64,000 nucleotides of DNA from Oculina patagonica (GCF_052425735.1 NC_135763.1:9424001-9488000), one strand, 5' to 3'; positions 9,314 to 22,285 are shown, numbered from the stretch's first letter. Notes: generated from the letters alone by a model not told the origin. Translations and numbers: made by a program.

Positions 9314-12167
9314 CACAAACTATCGGAGCCCGCTTCAGTAGACTCGCAGGTTGAACGCCATTTTGATTGTTTACGTATGCTAATTTGGTACATTTACCTA
9401 TAATGCATTGCGTGGCACCATCTTTTTTCTTACGGAGGATTGGAAAGGTGAGTCTATTCCGTTATTTTTATATTTTACATGATTCAATCCATACCGTAAA
9501 AGTAGAACTGAAAGTTGATAAACAGAAATATTACAAACATATGATTCAATGCTGATTTGGCGAAAGCGAGCTTCTCGCTTTGTTGTTTTGTGTGTTCTAT
9601 ATACGCGATTCTTCCGATTTCCTCCAACAGTAGTACTATCAAAGAGAAGTGTTTGTAGCTTAGATCATTCGGAATCGGGCTGCAGCTATGTGCGAGATAC
9701 AAAGCTAAAAGAGGCCTTCCTTGTTGATGACCTACGGCGCCCTTGTTCTTTTATTGCAGTAACCTCGGTTCTAATTTGTTGCGTCTGAACACGTATTCCG
9801 TAATGTCTGCATTCTCCCGAAACTGCTTTTAGTAGCTTTTAGTATCTGCTGTATCTGTACTCATTATATATATATTAATTGACGCCACTCCTTCTTAGAG
9901 GTTTCCACAAGTTGCTCGAAATTTCCCAAAAATTCGCCTGTAATTTCTCAAAAAATTGCTCAAAAGTTAATTTAAAATCGAAAAAAGTTGCTTCTGTTAA
10001 TAAAAGTTGCTCTAAAGTTGCTCCAAAAAATCCAAAACGCTGCTTCTAATCAAGGAAATTTCTCTTAATATATGCTAATTTTTCCTATGAGTGTAAGATT
10101 TCTAAGCAGTTTTATGCAATTTAGCACAAATCGTTAAAATTTTTGACAAGTTACCCCAATCAGCGGTAATGAACACGTAAGGTTTTTCATGCAAATTCAT
10201 TTTCCAAGGAAATAAGAGATATTTAGTGCTTGTTTTTTCCACATTAATGGTCATTTTTATTTTTGTAGCGTTCATTAAACTTTAGACAAACTGAACAAAA
10301 AACGGATAACAAGAGGAAAAATATTCATGTCCTTTTAATAATGCGACGACATCGTTGCCCTTGGTAAAAATCTTTGTAGTTTAGACAAATACAATGTACA
10401 ACTAATGAAGAGTTCCCTCCTTGCAGCACGCCTGCGGTTCGGTAGCGTCATTGTATTCAACATAGCAAGTCCAAGATAATTTTACGAAAAACTATTATTT
10501 AGAAGATCCTTTTACAGATAAAACGGTTCGTTTCTTTTGTCTTTGGATCTGAAATACTTTATTCAATCGAAAATCGGAAAATTGCCACCCCAAGGCTAGA
10601 TGCCTGTCATGTTGATTACAACTACCGTGATGCACGTCATAGGGGGAATTAGACATTTGGCGTTTATACGATGATAAAAGCCGCAAGGCAATTAGAAGAT
10701 TTGGTAACAGCTTTAGCGGGACAAGTATTCTCGATACAATTTACTTTTTTGTGAAAGTCTTCATCTCAGAAATAAAATCCTGAAGAATCAATATTATTTT
10801 TGAAGAAAAGCAGGCAAGAAGACCTTAGCGAAAAGGAAAACCTTTTAGCTACATTTTCTTTTGTTTATACGCATTAAAGTTTGTTTTTCTATCTTTTCAA
10901 TTACTCTCAAAGATAGTCATAACAAGTACGCCCAAAGTCTATTTGCCCTTTTTTACTTTAAAAAGGCGTTTTGATGTGAACTACAAATTTACATCAAGGC
11001 CATAGGCAAGTCAGTTATATTTAATAGTATAAGGCACATCGGCGAGCTTAAAATATTGAACTTCTTAAAATGCCACAAAATGGAAAATTGTTTTCGAACA
11101 AAGGAAGCGAAGTTTTTCGGTGCAAAGCTTGTACTGATAATAAACAAAAAACGTTAAACTTTAAGAACGCCTTTTTTTGTTTATACGAATTAAAGCTTTG
11201 GTTTTAAACGACCGTAAGGGTAGTTAAGTAATTTCAATTTATGATACAGGTGCAAATGAACGCAATTAGGCAAAATGGTTATTTCCTTTATGTCACGCTA
11301 AAGCAAACATAAACCATTTCATAAATTTGCATAAAATACAATTTATATTGCTTATTCGCTTCTTTCTGTGCGGTATAATAAATAATACGCGTTTTCACTA
11401 CACCGAAGGAGAAAACTAATAAGCGACATGTCCGGCCGGCAATTAAGCGACTGTTGCGGTGCTGACGATCAAGAAACTATCACAGCCGGAGTACAAATTG
11501 TTTATAGCAACGATTAACAATATAAGTCGATTTGGGGTTTATGCAGGATTACCATTTCGTGATGATTCCTTGAGATTTTATCCGTGGCGAATAAAAGAAA
11601 TGTTTTCCTTCCAAATTATTCGCGCTTTTACTGCTCGAATTTCTTTTCAGGCTCTTGTATATTGTCTTGTACATTATTGTCGTTTGCTATTATTGTTATG
11701 TTTCTATATTGACTTCTCCAGTGTCGATTCTCAGTAATGCTTAGTTACCACCATTAGAGGAAATTTGGGTTGGTAAATGAGAGGGTTATCTCTATGCATC
11801 CGCCAGCTTAGGCATTTAATTCTTTGCTATCATATTGGTATATAACTTCTTTTGAAATATCTGATACAGTGATAATTGCTTTTTTTAGCCACTTTTTCTT
11901 CCAAAATAATAACTGACAAAGAACATCTAATTTGCCGAAGCTCAACCCTTCAAATTTACGTTTCTTTCTCAGATCCATTTGTGTATTACCTTTGACCATT
12001 GAGAAATACTGTCCAATTTCTGCAACATATGGTGTTTAGTCCAATAATCTAGATAGGCAAAGTTTAAAAGTTAACCGCATGTATTTCTTTCAAAAATGGC
12101 TCTGTGGTTGGCAAATTTTCACGTTTGGGATTAGTTATTACTGCAAATAAAATTCAGCTATGCGCTG

Positions 12168-13223
12168 CTACACATAGCATTCATTTCTCATTTCAAAGTT
12201 GAGATCAAGGTTTCTAAATTCCATCCTCCTCCGGCTGTGATCAGCTACGATGTGTTGTGTTACAGTGTTTGTTTGCGTTTGGTCAGCATTCTGGCTTGAT
12301 CCTACACTTTCTGTAAGATGTGAACAAATTGTGTGTCCAATTCTCGTTTTCAGACTTCTGTCGAATGCGCAATAGATAATGGGGTTAATTGCCTCGTTTA
12401 TGAAGGCCCCAAACATGGCTATTTCGTTTAGAGTGTGTCCTCGATGAACACTCTCCGTGCCAGATATAATTCGAACAAAGCTCAGGACAAAAGTCGGAAG
12501 CCAGCACACCGTGAATGCTGCTGCAACCAAACCAGAAGTCCGTGTTACACGCCTCTTGTTCTGGCAAACAAAAGAATGTGATGCATTAGGAAAGTTAACT
12601 GTTGCTACCAAAGGGCTTCTTCCCCACATTATCAATGCCACATGAAAATAACACCAACATAAGACCATGAATGGCGCGAAAAACACAACGCCAAACTCGA
12701 CTGCCTCATACAGTTTGTCCAGCCAACTGATGGGAAGTGCTAGCGGTGTACAGATTATCTTGGATTCTATCTCTTGCACGCTAAACATGTACAGATAAGG
12801 AGTTGTTAAAACGGCAGGTACAAGCCACGATAAAGTTATCATGCGCCTGACAAGCCGTCCTTCAAGCTTGGGTAGATATGGACGAGCCAGGCTGCGATAT
12901 CGGTCAAAAGCAATCAACGCGTGAGTACAGACCGCCGTGCCAGATACAGCAATTTCAATAAACTCGACTATCTTGCAAAGCGCTGTTCCAAAGATCCACT
13001 CGCCGAGAAGTTCACGAGTGAACTCGAATGGAATCGTTAAGAGGCCAACAACGAGATCGGAAAGCACTATGTTCAAAATGAATTGATAGGTTGGGCGATT
13101 TTTAAGGAGTTGCTTTCGGCATTTAAGCAACACATAGGCTACTAATGTGTTTCCCACAACAGTTATTACAAATATAACAGCAAGGAAAGCAGCTTTGGCG
13201 ATATCTGAAGCTGAATATGCCAT
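12168..13223 (-). CDS. Class A GPCR copy 3
   Basis: Intact 7TM ORF with LSDL, DRY, CWLP and NPIIY; ATG at 13223. Flanks 11738-12170 and 13230-13860 align with the copy 1 flanks. Confidence 0.93.
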   Translation of the reverse strand: MAYSASDIAKAAFLAVIFVITVVGNTLVAYVLLKCRKQLLKNRPTYQFILNIVLSDLVVGLLTIPFEFTRELLGEWIFGTALCKIVEFIEIAVSGTAVCTHALIAFDRYRSLARPYLPKLEGRLVRRMITLSWLVPAVLTTPYLYMFSVQEIESKIICTPLALPISWLDKLYEAVEFGVVFFAPFMVLCWCYFHVALIMWGRSPLVATVNFPNASHSFVCQNKRRVTRTSGLVAAAFTVCWLPTFVLSFVRIISGTESVHRGHTLNEIAMFGAFINEAINPIIYCAFDRSLKTRIGHTICSHLTESVGSSQNADQTQTNTVTQHIVADHSRRRMEFRNLDLNFEMRNECYV

Positions 13224-13910
13224 TTCCAGGAGCACTTTACAGCGGACCGTTCAAAGGAACCCAAGTTGTGTTGACAGGAAGAAGCTTTTAATTATGAATG
13301 CATGCAATTTAACAATTTAAGGACAAATAATTTACACCTGCTTAAAAGAGTACGATGAATTATATCCGATAATTTGTTGTAATCTTCCTAAGACATTAGA
13401 CTTGAACGCACGTACCAAAGTTTAAACGACACTTGGATTTAAAGAAAGAAAGAAATTGTTTATCATTTTGGAGGGTTTACTGAATATTTTTGGATCACTG
13501 TACAGCTGGAAAGGGACACTTCTATGCTAAATAAACAAAAAAAACTAATGGAAAATTATCATATTTTTAAATTCATGAAAAACGGTAGTCAAAACACCTA
13601 AGGCTAGCTAAAAATTCGAAGAAGCAAATTACATACTGCAGTCCTAACAAAGAAATCGATTCTCTACACATGGCACTCATGTGCAACGAATGCAAAATTG
13701 AGAGGCGATCTCGACGTGAGTAAACAAACATTTTTGTTTTACTTACCTTCCGTTATTATATTTACATAAAAAACATCAATACCAAATGCAACCTGTCGTG
13801 GAGTTTACACTAATAGTGAGAATTAATAATAGTCGAGTTTTGAAATCTACGGGTAGTATTAACAGTTTAAATTTTAAAATTCTGATGACGTCAAATGAAA
13901 AGCACCATTA

Positions 13911-14282
13911 CAGTGAAATTGCGTTTTCTCGAGCCTCCCAGGGAAAGAAAAACTGGCAGGGGCACCCATCGAGAATATAGTTCAAAACCATTTAAAGATA
14001 GCACCTTGACTATTTTNNNNNNNNNNNNNNNNNNNNNNNNNNNNNNNNNNNNNNNNNNNNNNNNNNNNNNNNNNNNNNNNNNNNNNNNNNNNNNNNNNNN
14101 NNNNNNNNNNNNNNNNNNNNNNNNNNNNNNNNNNNNNNNNNNNNNNNNNNNNNNNNNNNNNNNNNNNNNNNNCAAATCGCGGGTAAAATTGCAGTGTTCG
14201 CCTAAGGGAAGGGAAACCACTTTTGGTCCGGGTTATTATAAGGTTCGAGAAATCGAGGGTTCGAAAAATCGGAAATCCACTG
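13911..14282. mobile_element. Tc1/mariner-like MITE spanning an assembly gap
   Basis: ta|CAGTGAAATTGCGTTTTCTCGAGCCT ... AGGGTTCGAAAAATCGGAAATCCACTG; imperfect TIR. Confidence 0.55.
14017..14172. other. Assembly gap (156 N)
   Basis: Run of N. Confidence 1.
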
Positions 14283-14437
14283 AAGTTTAATATTCAATGT
14301 TAATTGAGTTTGCTTCTGACTTCGCGTGACGTAAGAATTTGACAGGTACAGGTTGGCGTTATGTGGACATGAGAACAAGAGGATGAGGGGGCAGGATGAT
14401 TTCGGCGCATCCTCCATAACCTTAATTGCTTATTTAA

Positions 14438-14816
14438 AGGGGCACTGTCGACAGTTTCACTTCAAAAACTCAAGAGCCTAAAGACATATGAAAACTACGA
14501 ATAGTGGTCCAATTTTGTTAAAAATCACCATGCAAGTGAACTAAAGCGATAAGTACAAGTGATATTATTGTGATGCCATCGGAAACTTTAGATCTCAACT
14601 TGATTAAACTTTTTCAAGCTGATTTTTTTAAGTTTTGTCCTTGTGGACTGGAAAAACACCTAAAAATTATTATGGCTCCCTTCTTTCTTCAACAACAATT
14701 TACTTTATATCTCCAACTTGATGTACTACTTGCATTTCATGTACGAGATATCCAGGTATTTGCAAATTTTAGTACTTTTTACCGAAAAGCATTAAAATGC
14801 CCGTGACAGTGTTCCT
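14438..14816. mobile_element. Kolobok-like MITE (TTAA-type target); inverted family copy at 34293-34661
   Basis: ttaa|AGGGGCACTGTC ... GACAGTGTTCCT|ttac. The internal sequence aligns in reverse with 34293-34661. Confidence 0.65.
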
Positions 14817-14820
14817 TTAC

Positions 14821-15215
14821 AGGGGCTTTGTCACCGGGATTTTAGCAGATTTCTGAACAACCAAATTTATATTTGTGGTCGCTAACAAACCTAAAAATAA
14901 TAGTTCATTTTTATGAATAATTACTATGTTAGAGCTTTGAAAATGTAAACAAGCGTCATTGGCTACGGATTGCTCGGATGGAAATGCGGATAGCAATTTG
15001 AAAGATGAAGCCTAATTTTTCAAATGGTTTCAGCGCATCTCCAAAAATCCGAGTATCTATAGCCAGTGACGTTTGATTTCTCTCAACAAATTACGGTTAT
15101 AAAGCAATTCCTTTGGATGTTAAAATGATAATGATTTTCATGGGTTAACTTGGCTACACAAGTATAAATTTCAGAGCAGTTTAGACCAAAAATCTGCTAA
15201 AATCCTCGTGACATA
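14821..15215. mobile_element. Kolobok-like MITE abutting the previous element
   Basis: AGGGGCTTTGTCACCGGGATTTTAGCAGATTT ... AAATCTGCTAAAATCCTCGTGACATA inverted ends. Similar to 53505-53770. Confidence 0.55.
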
Positions 15216-15219
15216 GAAC

Positions 15220-15751
15220 TAGGGCTCTCCCAAAGATGCTCGGCAACTTTTCATCTTTCGAGCTACTTTGTGCAATTTCTGGACCAAAGATTTCCGAAGA
15301 TTGTCCGAGTGTTGTTCAAATGCTGTACGAACGTTTCCAATCATTTTCCAAACTTTTCCGAAGATAAACGAAATTTGGGAAAGAATCCCAAGCAAGTTCA
15401 GAAGATTTTTCATCTTTCGGATCATTCAGCATTAAAAACTCGTCAGCAAACATGACGTCATCGGTATGTATCTTCACTATTGTTCTCAGTGAAAGGAATC
15501 CTTGTAACTCAACAAATTTTTACCTGAAAGAAATGCTATTTACATTTTTTTGTTGCAGTTAAATTGCATTAAAATGCTTATAAATCTTACCTTCAAAGGG
15601 AAATAAGCACATATTTGGAGTTTTTTGCTTAAAAGAAACGTTTAGGATTATTTGAAGCAACTTTCGAGCAAATTTTTAGATATTGGAGCAACTTTTAAGG
15701 AAATTTCGAGGACCTTTTTGGGAAATAACGAGCATTTTTGGGACAGCCCTA
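15220..15751. mobile_element. hAT-like MITE (TAGGGCT...AGCCCTA)
   Basis: TIR TAGGGCTCTCCCAAA / TTTGGGACAGCCCTA. A related internal fragment lies at about 51480-51735. Confidence 0.6.
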
Positions 15752-18016
15752 GTTATAACTATAGTGAAACTTTGAAGATTTATAAAGATTAAGATTAATC
15801 ATTTGTCAAAAATGTTTCCTTTGTGCTCGGCAAAAATAGATGACGTCATATCACTTGGGTCCCGAACAGCCTCCATCTTGAATCCACCATCTTGGATTTG
15901 TTAGTTTTTACTTGATGTCTGAAAATTCCAAAAGCTTACTACGAAGTAACACAAACCGGTGAAAGGGTGTAATAATGACCTTAACACTACTTGAAAATGC
16001 TCTTACAGATTTTTCTAGAATTTCGTACACCACTAGCGATTATACTATATTTTGATATATCAAAAAATTGAATACCAAGAGTCAATCTAGATTTCAGATC
16101 AGGTGTTTGAAAACAAAAGAAAACGACGATCGTTGCTATGGTAACCTTTCTTACAAAGTAACCAGCAAAAATCAAACTTAAGTCATATTTAGTCCACAAG
16201 TACGTGGGCAGATTTTGCTGTCTCCCCTGCTCTCAGGTGTAAATGGGGTTTAACATAAATCATCCTTTAATACAGCTGTCCTTTACAGGTCTTATTAAGC
16301 ATTTTGTAGTCGAGGGTTTGCCATACAAACAGTATTAGCAAATACTTACAAACTTTTTACCGACGTTAAACAATCTCTTAATATATAAGGATGGTTAAAA
16401 CTGAGAAAGAAAAATACGGATTACGAACGACAAACGTAAAAAATATGGCCAAAGTGTTTCAACACGCGTCGTCTGTAACGTAGCCCCTTTAAGCACTAAT
16501 CTACGGTAATTTACAGTTTCTTAAGGATTTTAACCATAAGAAAAGTTATACTTTGATTTAAGAATCGGTGAGTATTAAGCCACAGTTTTGGGAAGCGCTC
16601 CATATACCCAAGAGTGAATTATCTAAGAGCAGGATTCTCGGTGCCCTAAGATAGTTTTTGAAATCTAATACTACGGAAAGAAAATGAAACAAAGAAAATT
16701 CAAGGTCATAATCTACTGTTTATTATTTTGTACATTGAGTCCTTGAGCGTCGCCTGGCGTTAAAAGGACAGATGCTGATGATGCTTTTGTACATTAGAAA
16801 AATTACAAGGTATCGTGGCATAGCTCATTTAAATCTTTGTTCGATTTAAACAAAGAAACACCTTGGCTTCTGTGCATCCTTTCTTCATAGTACTTAATCG
16901 TCATTCACGAGTTGGCTCATAGAGTCTTTGATGGAGTGATTGGATTCCAATCGATTGCTATTGAATGTTGCTCCTGTTTTGTGCACCTTATGAAATTAAA
17001 TTAGGACGCCATATAGCACTTTTGGGAGCGGAACAGTTAAGTTATGGATTGAATGAGGAAGATACCATCGATTTTGTGTTTTTCTAGTGAATCTAATTTG
17101 CCAACATTCATAAATGATATTGTTTTAAAAGTTTTGTTTTAGTTGACATGGCAATACCTCTATCTTTGCCACAAATACACGCTTATCCTTTCATGCATTG
17201 TCGTAATTTAAGGTCCTTCAAATTAAGACTTCCTTTTGCCATGATTTGCCGATGTCAGTTTTTTTACATTCGAATCCGCTTCACAATCCTACCAATCAAG
17301 AAAGAAAGGTATAATTAATAACTTGTATCAAAACCCCAAAGGTTGCCATTCATTTTCATTTATCTAGTCGGCAATATATACGAAAGCAGTACCATTTCTT
17401 TCAAACTCAATTTTTGTATAATGAAAGCTAATTATAGTACCAATATCCAATGTAAAAAGAACCTTTTGTGACATTTAATACGTTTTATGATTACCGTAAC
17501 TGTCATATAGGAAAACCACTGGCGTATGCTACTGATGATTTCTACAATCTCCGGTTTTTAGCTTAGTTAAACAACATCATTTTCATTAATGGTGTTTTTC
17601 GTAGAGGAACAAATGAAAAATCGTTAAAATTTTTGACAAGTTACCCCCATCAGCGGTAATGAACACTTAAGGTTTTTCATGCAAATTCATTTCCCAAGGA
17701 GATAAGAGATTTTTAGTGCTTGTTTTTGCCACATTAATGGTCTTTTTGATTCAATTGAAAACACCATATATCTTAATGGGATTTTTCGTTAAAACATACA
17801 TGGGTCTCTTTATTGTTTTTCTTCATTCCTAATAGCCGGTGGGCAGATAAATTGTAGGGTAATAAATAATAATGTGTTTTTTCCGTAATTATTTCTCATA
17901 TCTTCTTTAAGCAGGTGTTAACTTCTGTCCGTCGCGTTGTAATAAATCGATTTCGTACATCAACATTATACCGGCACTGATACTGTTCGTCTCTTACACT
18001 TACGTAGATTGGATCG

Positions 18017-19120
18017 ATGATCGTTCAGGTCATGGACATGGCATATTCAGCTTCAGATATCACCAAAGCTGTTTTCCTTGCTATAATATTTGTTACAAAT
18101 GTTGTGGGAAACACATTAGTAGCCTACGTTTTGACGAAATACAGAAAGCAACTTCTTAAAAATCGCCCAACCTATCAATTCATTTTTAACATAGTGCTTT
18201 CTGATCTCGTTGTTGGCCTCTTAACGATTCCATTCGAGTTCACCCGTGAACTTCTCGACGAGTGGATCTTTGGAACAGTGCTGTGCAAGATAGTCGAGTT
18301 TATTGAAATTGCTGTCTCTGGCACGGCGGTCTGTACTCACGCGTTGATTGCTTTTGATCGATATCGCAGCCTGGCTCGTCCATATCTGCCCAAGCTTGAA
18401 GGACGGCTTGTCAAGCGCATGATAACTTTATCGTGGCTTGTACCTGCCGTTTTAACAACTCCTTATCTTTACATGTTTAGCGTGCAAGAGATAGATTCCA
18501 AGATAATCTGTACACCGCTAGCACTTCCGATCAGTTGGCTGGACAAACTATATGAGGCAGTCGAGTTCGGCGTTGTGTTTTTCGCGCCATTCGTGGTCTT
18601 ATGTTGGTGTTATTTTCATGTGGCATTGATAATGTGGGGAAGAAGCCCTTTGGTGGCAGCAGTGACCTTTCCAACTGCACCGCAATCTGTTGTTTGGCAG
18701 AACAAGAGGCGTGTAACACGGACTTCTGGTTTGGTTGCAGCAGCATTCACGGTGTGCTGGCTTCCGACTTTTGTCCTGAGCTTTGTTCGAATTATATCCG
18801 GCACGGAAAGTGTTCACCGAGGACACACTCTACACGAAATAGCCATGTTTGGGGCCTTCATCAACGAGGCGATTAACCCCATTATCTACTGCGCGTTCGA
18901 CAGACATTTGAAAGCGAGAATTGGCCTACACACATTTTGTTCACATCTTGCAGAAAGTGCAGGATCAAGCAACATCGCTGATCAGACAAATAACACCGTA
19001 GATGAAAACACACTGAATCAAATGGATGTCAGAAACCTTCATGATACTACTTTGCCAAATGACAAACCAAGCCGGCCAAGAAACGAGACTATAAACTCTA
19101 CATGCTCGATATTCCATTAA
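18017..19120 (+). CDS. Class A GPCR copy 4
   Basis: Intact 367-aa 7TM ORF with DRY, CWLP and NPIIY. Alternative ATGs at 18032 and 18038. Acceptor ...ctttaagcag| at 17914. Confidence 0.93.
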   Translation: MIVQVMDMAYSASDITKAVFLAIIFVTNVVGNTLVAYVLTKYRKQLLKNRPTYQFIFNIVLSDLVVGLLTIPFEFTRELLDEWIFGTVLCKIVEFIEIAVSGTAVCTHALIAFDRYRSLARPYLPKLEGRLVKRMITLSWLVPAVLTTPYLYMFSVQEIDSKIICTPLALPISWLDKLYEAVEFGVVFFAPFVVLCWCYFHVALIMWGRSPLVAAVTFPTAPQSVVWQNKRRVTRTSGLVAAAFTVCWLPTFVLSFVRIISGTESVHRGHTLHEIAMFGAFINEAINPIIYCAFDRHLKARIGLHTFCSHLAESAGSSNIADQTNNTVDENTLNQMDVRNLHDTTLPNDKPSRPRNETINSTCSIFH

Positions 19121-20671
19121 TCAGCTTAAGAAAATACGTACGATAAACGATCGAGTAAGGAAGTATTGGACTGTCAAATGGATTACAGTTGTGGCTGACT
19201 CGTACGTTTTATCCATGACTGAAACTAATCTGATCGCATAGTCATTTTAGTAATTGCTTTATATCAGTCAAGTTAGTCAAACTAAAGCATGAAAGGCAAA
19301 CTAAGATATAACACAATTCATTATTCGGTGACTTAAAAACTGAATTCCAATTTGACATTAATCATCAAAGGCTTAATCCTGCTTTCAGCAACCGGGGCTC
19401 GGTAAACAAAAACAAGACATGACTCTTCCGCTTTTAAGCAATGAAAAGCGTATACAATTTTTAGCTGAACGATTTCCTGCTTTTTAGGTTTTTTTATTTG
19501 AGAGGCAGCTTACTTATTCTCAAGTTATTTTGCCATATTTTCCTACATTTTGTGTGTAAATTATGGAGTGAAGCTGTAGTTTTTTAAACAAGTGTACGTA
19601 CAAATCAAATTTGTTACCTCAAGAGATCAGAGCAATTTCACAACTCCTTTGATAGGAAAATGTGTATTGATATTACGGCCAAGTGAGATCAGCGCACAAA
19701 AATGAAGAGAATTTGGTTTTTTGCTCGTTGACATTGCTCGAAATGATCGTAAAAAGAAATACAAATTGCGCCTATAATACTAGCAAAAATCAGAACTTAA
19801 TGGGACATTTTTCGAATATAAAAACGAAGACACTGTTTTAAACTTAATTGTAAGAATAGGGACTAATAGTTTAGCAAAAAATCTAAGAAGCCTATCATTA
19901 ATGAGTTTCGGAACTATGAAGATTCTAGTTTCTTTTAAATATAACATTTCCTTTATCCGTGTGTACGTGAATTTACTCTCATTTGCATGTAGGTAGGTGT
20001 TTTAAAAAAGTGTATGTACCCATTATCGCGAAAATAAAGAGGTGGATAAACAATATCAACTTTGACTTATGTAAATATGCGCAATATTTTTCATTTTACA
20101 GTATCAGTGGCTTTAATTGCAAAGCCGTACTTTTAAATTGGTACAAGGTTTTAAAAGCTGATTTGAAGGAAACTGAAACATATAACAAAGATGTTTAATG
20201 CTACAAAAGATTAACTGATAAAAGTTGACCAATTTATCTTTTATACTCACAAAAGAGAACAAAACTTCCTGTGAAAAAGTCGTTTATTATTTTTATGCCT
20301 CTTTTCTTTCTACATTTCTTCAGCAACATAAATGAATAAGATTTTAAAAGCTGAGTTGAAGGAAACTGAAAAAAATATAACAAAGATGTTTAATGCTGCG
20401 AAAAATGTACTAATAACAATTGACCAATTTATCTTTTATTCTCACAAAAGAGAACAAAACTTTCTGTCAAAAAGTCGTTTATTTTTTATGCCTCTTTCTT
20501 TTTACACTTCTTTATGTTGCTAGGTACCTTAATATAATTTACTGCCGTTCTAGATCTTCCCTAAGCTTTCGTTGTCTCAGACGAAAACCCTTACCAAAAC
20601 GATGTTCCTAAAATGAAAGGACACCTCGGAATCTAGGCGTTAAATCCGTCTTACCTCATGTGGCTCGAATA

Positions 20672-21170
20672 CCTTATTCTTACAAATTTTCGAGCGTACT
20701 CAATTTCCAGAAAATTCGGTTGCCGAAATTCGCGAGCATAAATTTTCGTGATTGCAAGAGAAATTAGAGAGAAAGTGTATTAAATTTCGCGATTGTGCTC
20801 GTGTTTTCTGGATTAGTCGTCAAAGACTAAGAAAATTCTGAAAATATGCAAAGGTCTGACTCAATGTAACAACAAGCAACCTGCAAACGGACACTTTGGT
20901 GACTGTACTAGAGGTCTTGGCCAATTTACAAGCTAAAGAAAACAGTAATCAGAGAAAAAGTGCTTGTCTAAAACAAGACGGCAAGATATTTTCAAGGATA
21001 GGTTGCTGTAGTTCCAAACGTTTAAAATTCCTATTGTTTTGATATAAAATGTGGTATTAATTTTCGCGCGTTTAAATTTCGCGCAATGTATTTTTTTTTT
21101 CGCGCATATTAAATTTCGCTATTATTTTGAAATTAAATCGCAAAAATCGCGAAAATTAGTAAGAATCAGG
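20672..21170. mobile_element. TA-flanked MITE (pogo/Tc1-like); duplicated copy at 28562-29072
   Basis: ta|CCTTATTCTTAC ... GTAAGAATCAGG|ta, with internal aaatttcgcg motifs. Present in both duplication units. Confidence 0.65.
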
Positions 21171-21597
21171 TACACAAACGTGTTACTAGTACATTGAAAT
21201 TGATCATTGACCATATTATATATTTCCTGCTGTTTTTTAACGATTTATAACAACAGTTATAGAGCTGGAATACGCATTTGATCAAGTGGAACTCGTGCGC
21301 CAGCCAGACTGGCATGCTGACGGAAAAATGAAAAAAAGGGTAAATACTACGCTGGAGTAAAAAAAAAGTAAATAAAAGCTCGCACACATTGCCGGGATGT
21401 GATCAACAGCAGGAATGCCCTTCCTGTACCTGCACACTTTAACCAGCCAGATCTTTCCCTCTTTCCCTGTAGGATATGAAGGTCGCTGTCCTGAAGGCCG
21501 GCCTGGTAAACCAACAGCACCACAAGAAATAGGAGATGAGATATATCTTCAAACACGAAACTCTGGCTTCGAGTGGACTAAACCACGACTTAAGTAT

Positions 21598-22155
21598 GGC
21601 GGCAAGCGTGGCCGAGTGGTTTAGGGCGCTGGTGTTGTAATCCGGAGGTCACCGGTTCGAGGCCTGCCCTTGCCTCTAGCTGGATTTGTTTCTCGGTTGT
21701 CCCGACACAGGGGGGCCATACAAGCGGCGTGACTGTTTGTATGTTCGAAATATAAAGAAATGTATAAGGATTTTGAAATCGTCTTATTATCGTTAACTTA
21801 TTTCGAGTAAACGTTTATTTTGAACTTAAACATAGACATTACTCGAAATAAGTTAACGATAATAAGACGCTTTCAAAATCCTATACATTTCTTTATATTT
21901 CGAACATACAAACAGTCACGCCGCTTGTATGGGCCCCCTGTGGTCCCGAGTTCAAATCCTCGACCACGCTTTGTATATAGCCAACTAGTCTGCCTCCTGC
22001 CAGTTGGGATTTTTAACCTTGTTATGTTCATTTATAAATTATTGGTTTCCTCTGTTTCAGTGGCATGCCTGTAAACTAGCTATCTCGTTGAGATATGAAG
22101 CTAAGTGCATGACCACTATAAACACATTTTAATTTTTTATTTTTTATTTATTTTA
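21598..22155 (+). mobile_element. tRNA-derived SINE, interrupted by a MITE
   Basis: A box TGGCCGAGTGG, B box GGTTCGAGGCC, body CTAGCTGGATTTGTT...GCCTCCTGCCAGTTGGGAT, and a T/A-rich tail. Confidence 0.8.
21706..21942. mobile_element. Foldback MITE, P-element-like (CACAG...CTGTG, 7-bp TSD)
   Basis: Near-perfect arms of about 105 bp; TSD GTCCCGA at 21699-21705 and 21943-21949. Confidence 0.8.
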
Positions 22156-22251
22156 AGCCGGTTTTGCGTGAAATGACTTCTTTGTCTTATCGCGCGCGCG
22201 ATAAATACTCGAGTTATACAACGAACTTTTTAACGGCGAAATAGTTTTGTC

Positions 22252-22285
22252 CCCCTGAAGAGGGCAGCATTGCCGAAACTTCGGG
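22252..22285 (+). ncRNA. Minimal type I hammerhead ribozyme-like motif in the PLE 3' region
   Basis: ccc-CTGAAGA-G-GGCA(GCAT)TGCC-GAAA-CTTC-ggg; canonical CUGANGA/GAAA core. Confidence 0.65.

Larger units (their letters stand above)
4824..9455. mobile_element. ISL2EU-type (PIF/Harbinger/IS5-related) DNA transposon with two convergent ORFs
   Basis: 91-bp imperfect TIRs at 4827-4917 and 9356-9446. AT dinucleotides flank both ends (4822-23, 9456-57). The THAP+DDE transposase and YqaJ exonuclease gene pair is characteristic of ISL2EU. Confidence 0.88.

Noticed and set aside
13891-14290. ORFs spanning the N run
   Set aside because: Artefacts of the assembly gap.
18017-19120. Possible opsins
   Set aside because: No Lys at 7.43 (Phe in GAFINEAINP; Leu in copy 6).
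21598-21670. tRNA gene
   Set aside because: The tRNA-like head runs into a SINE body and tail, and the acceptor stem does not close.
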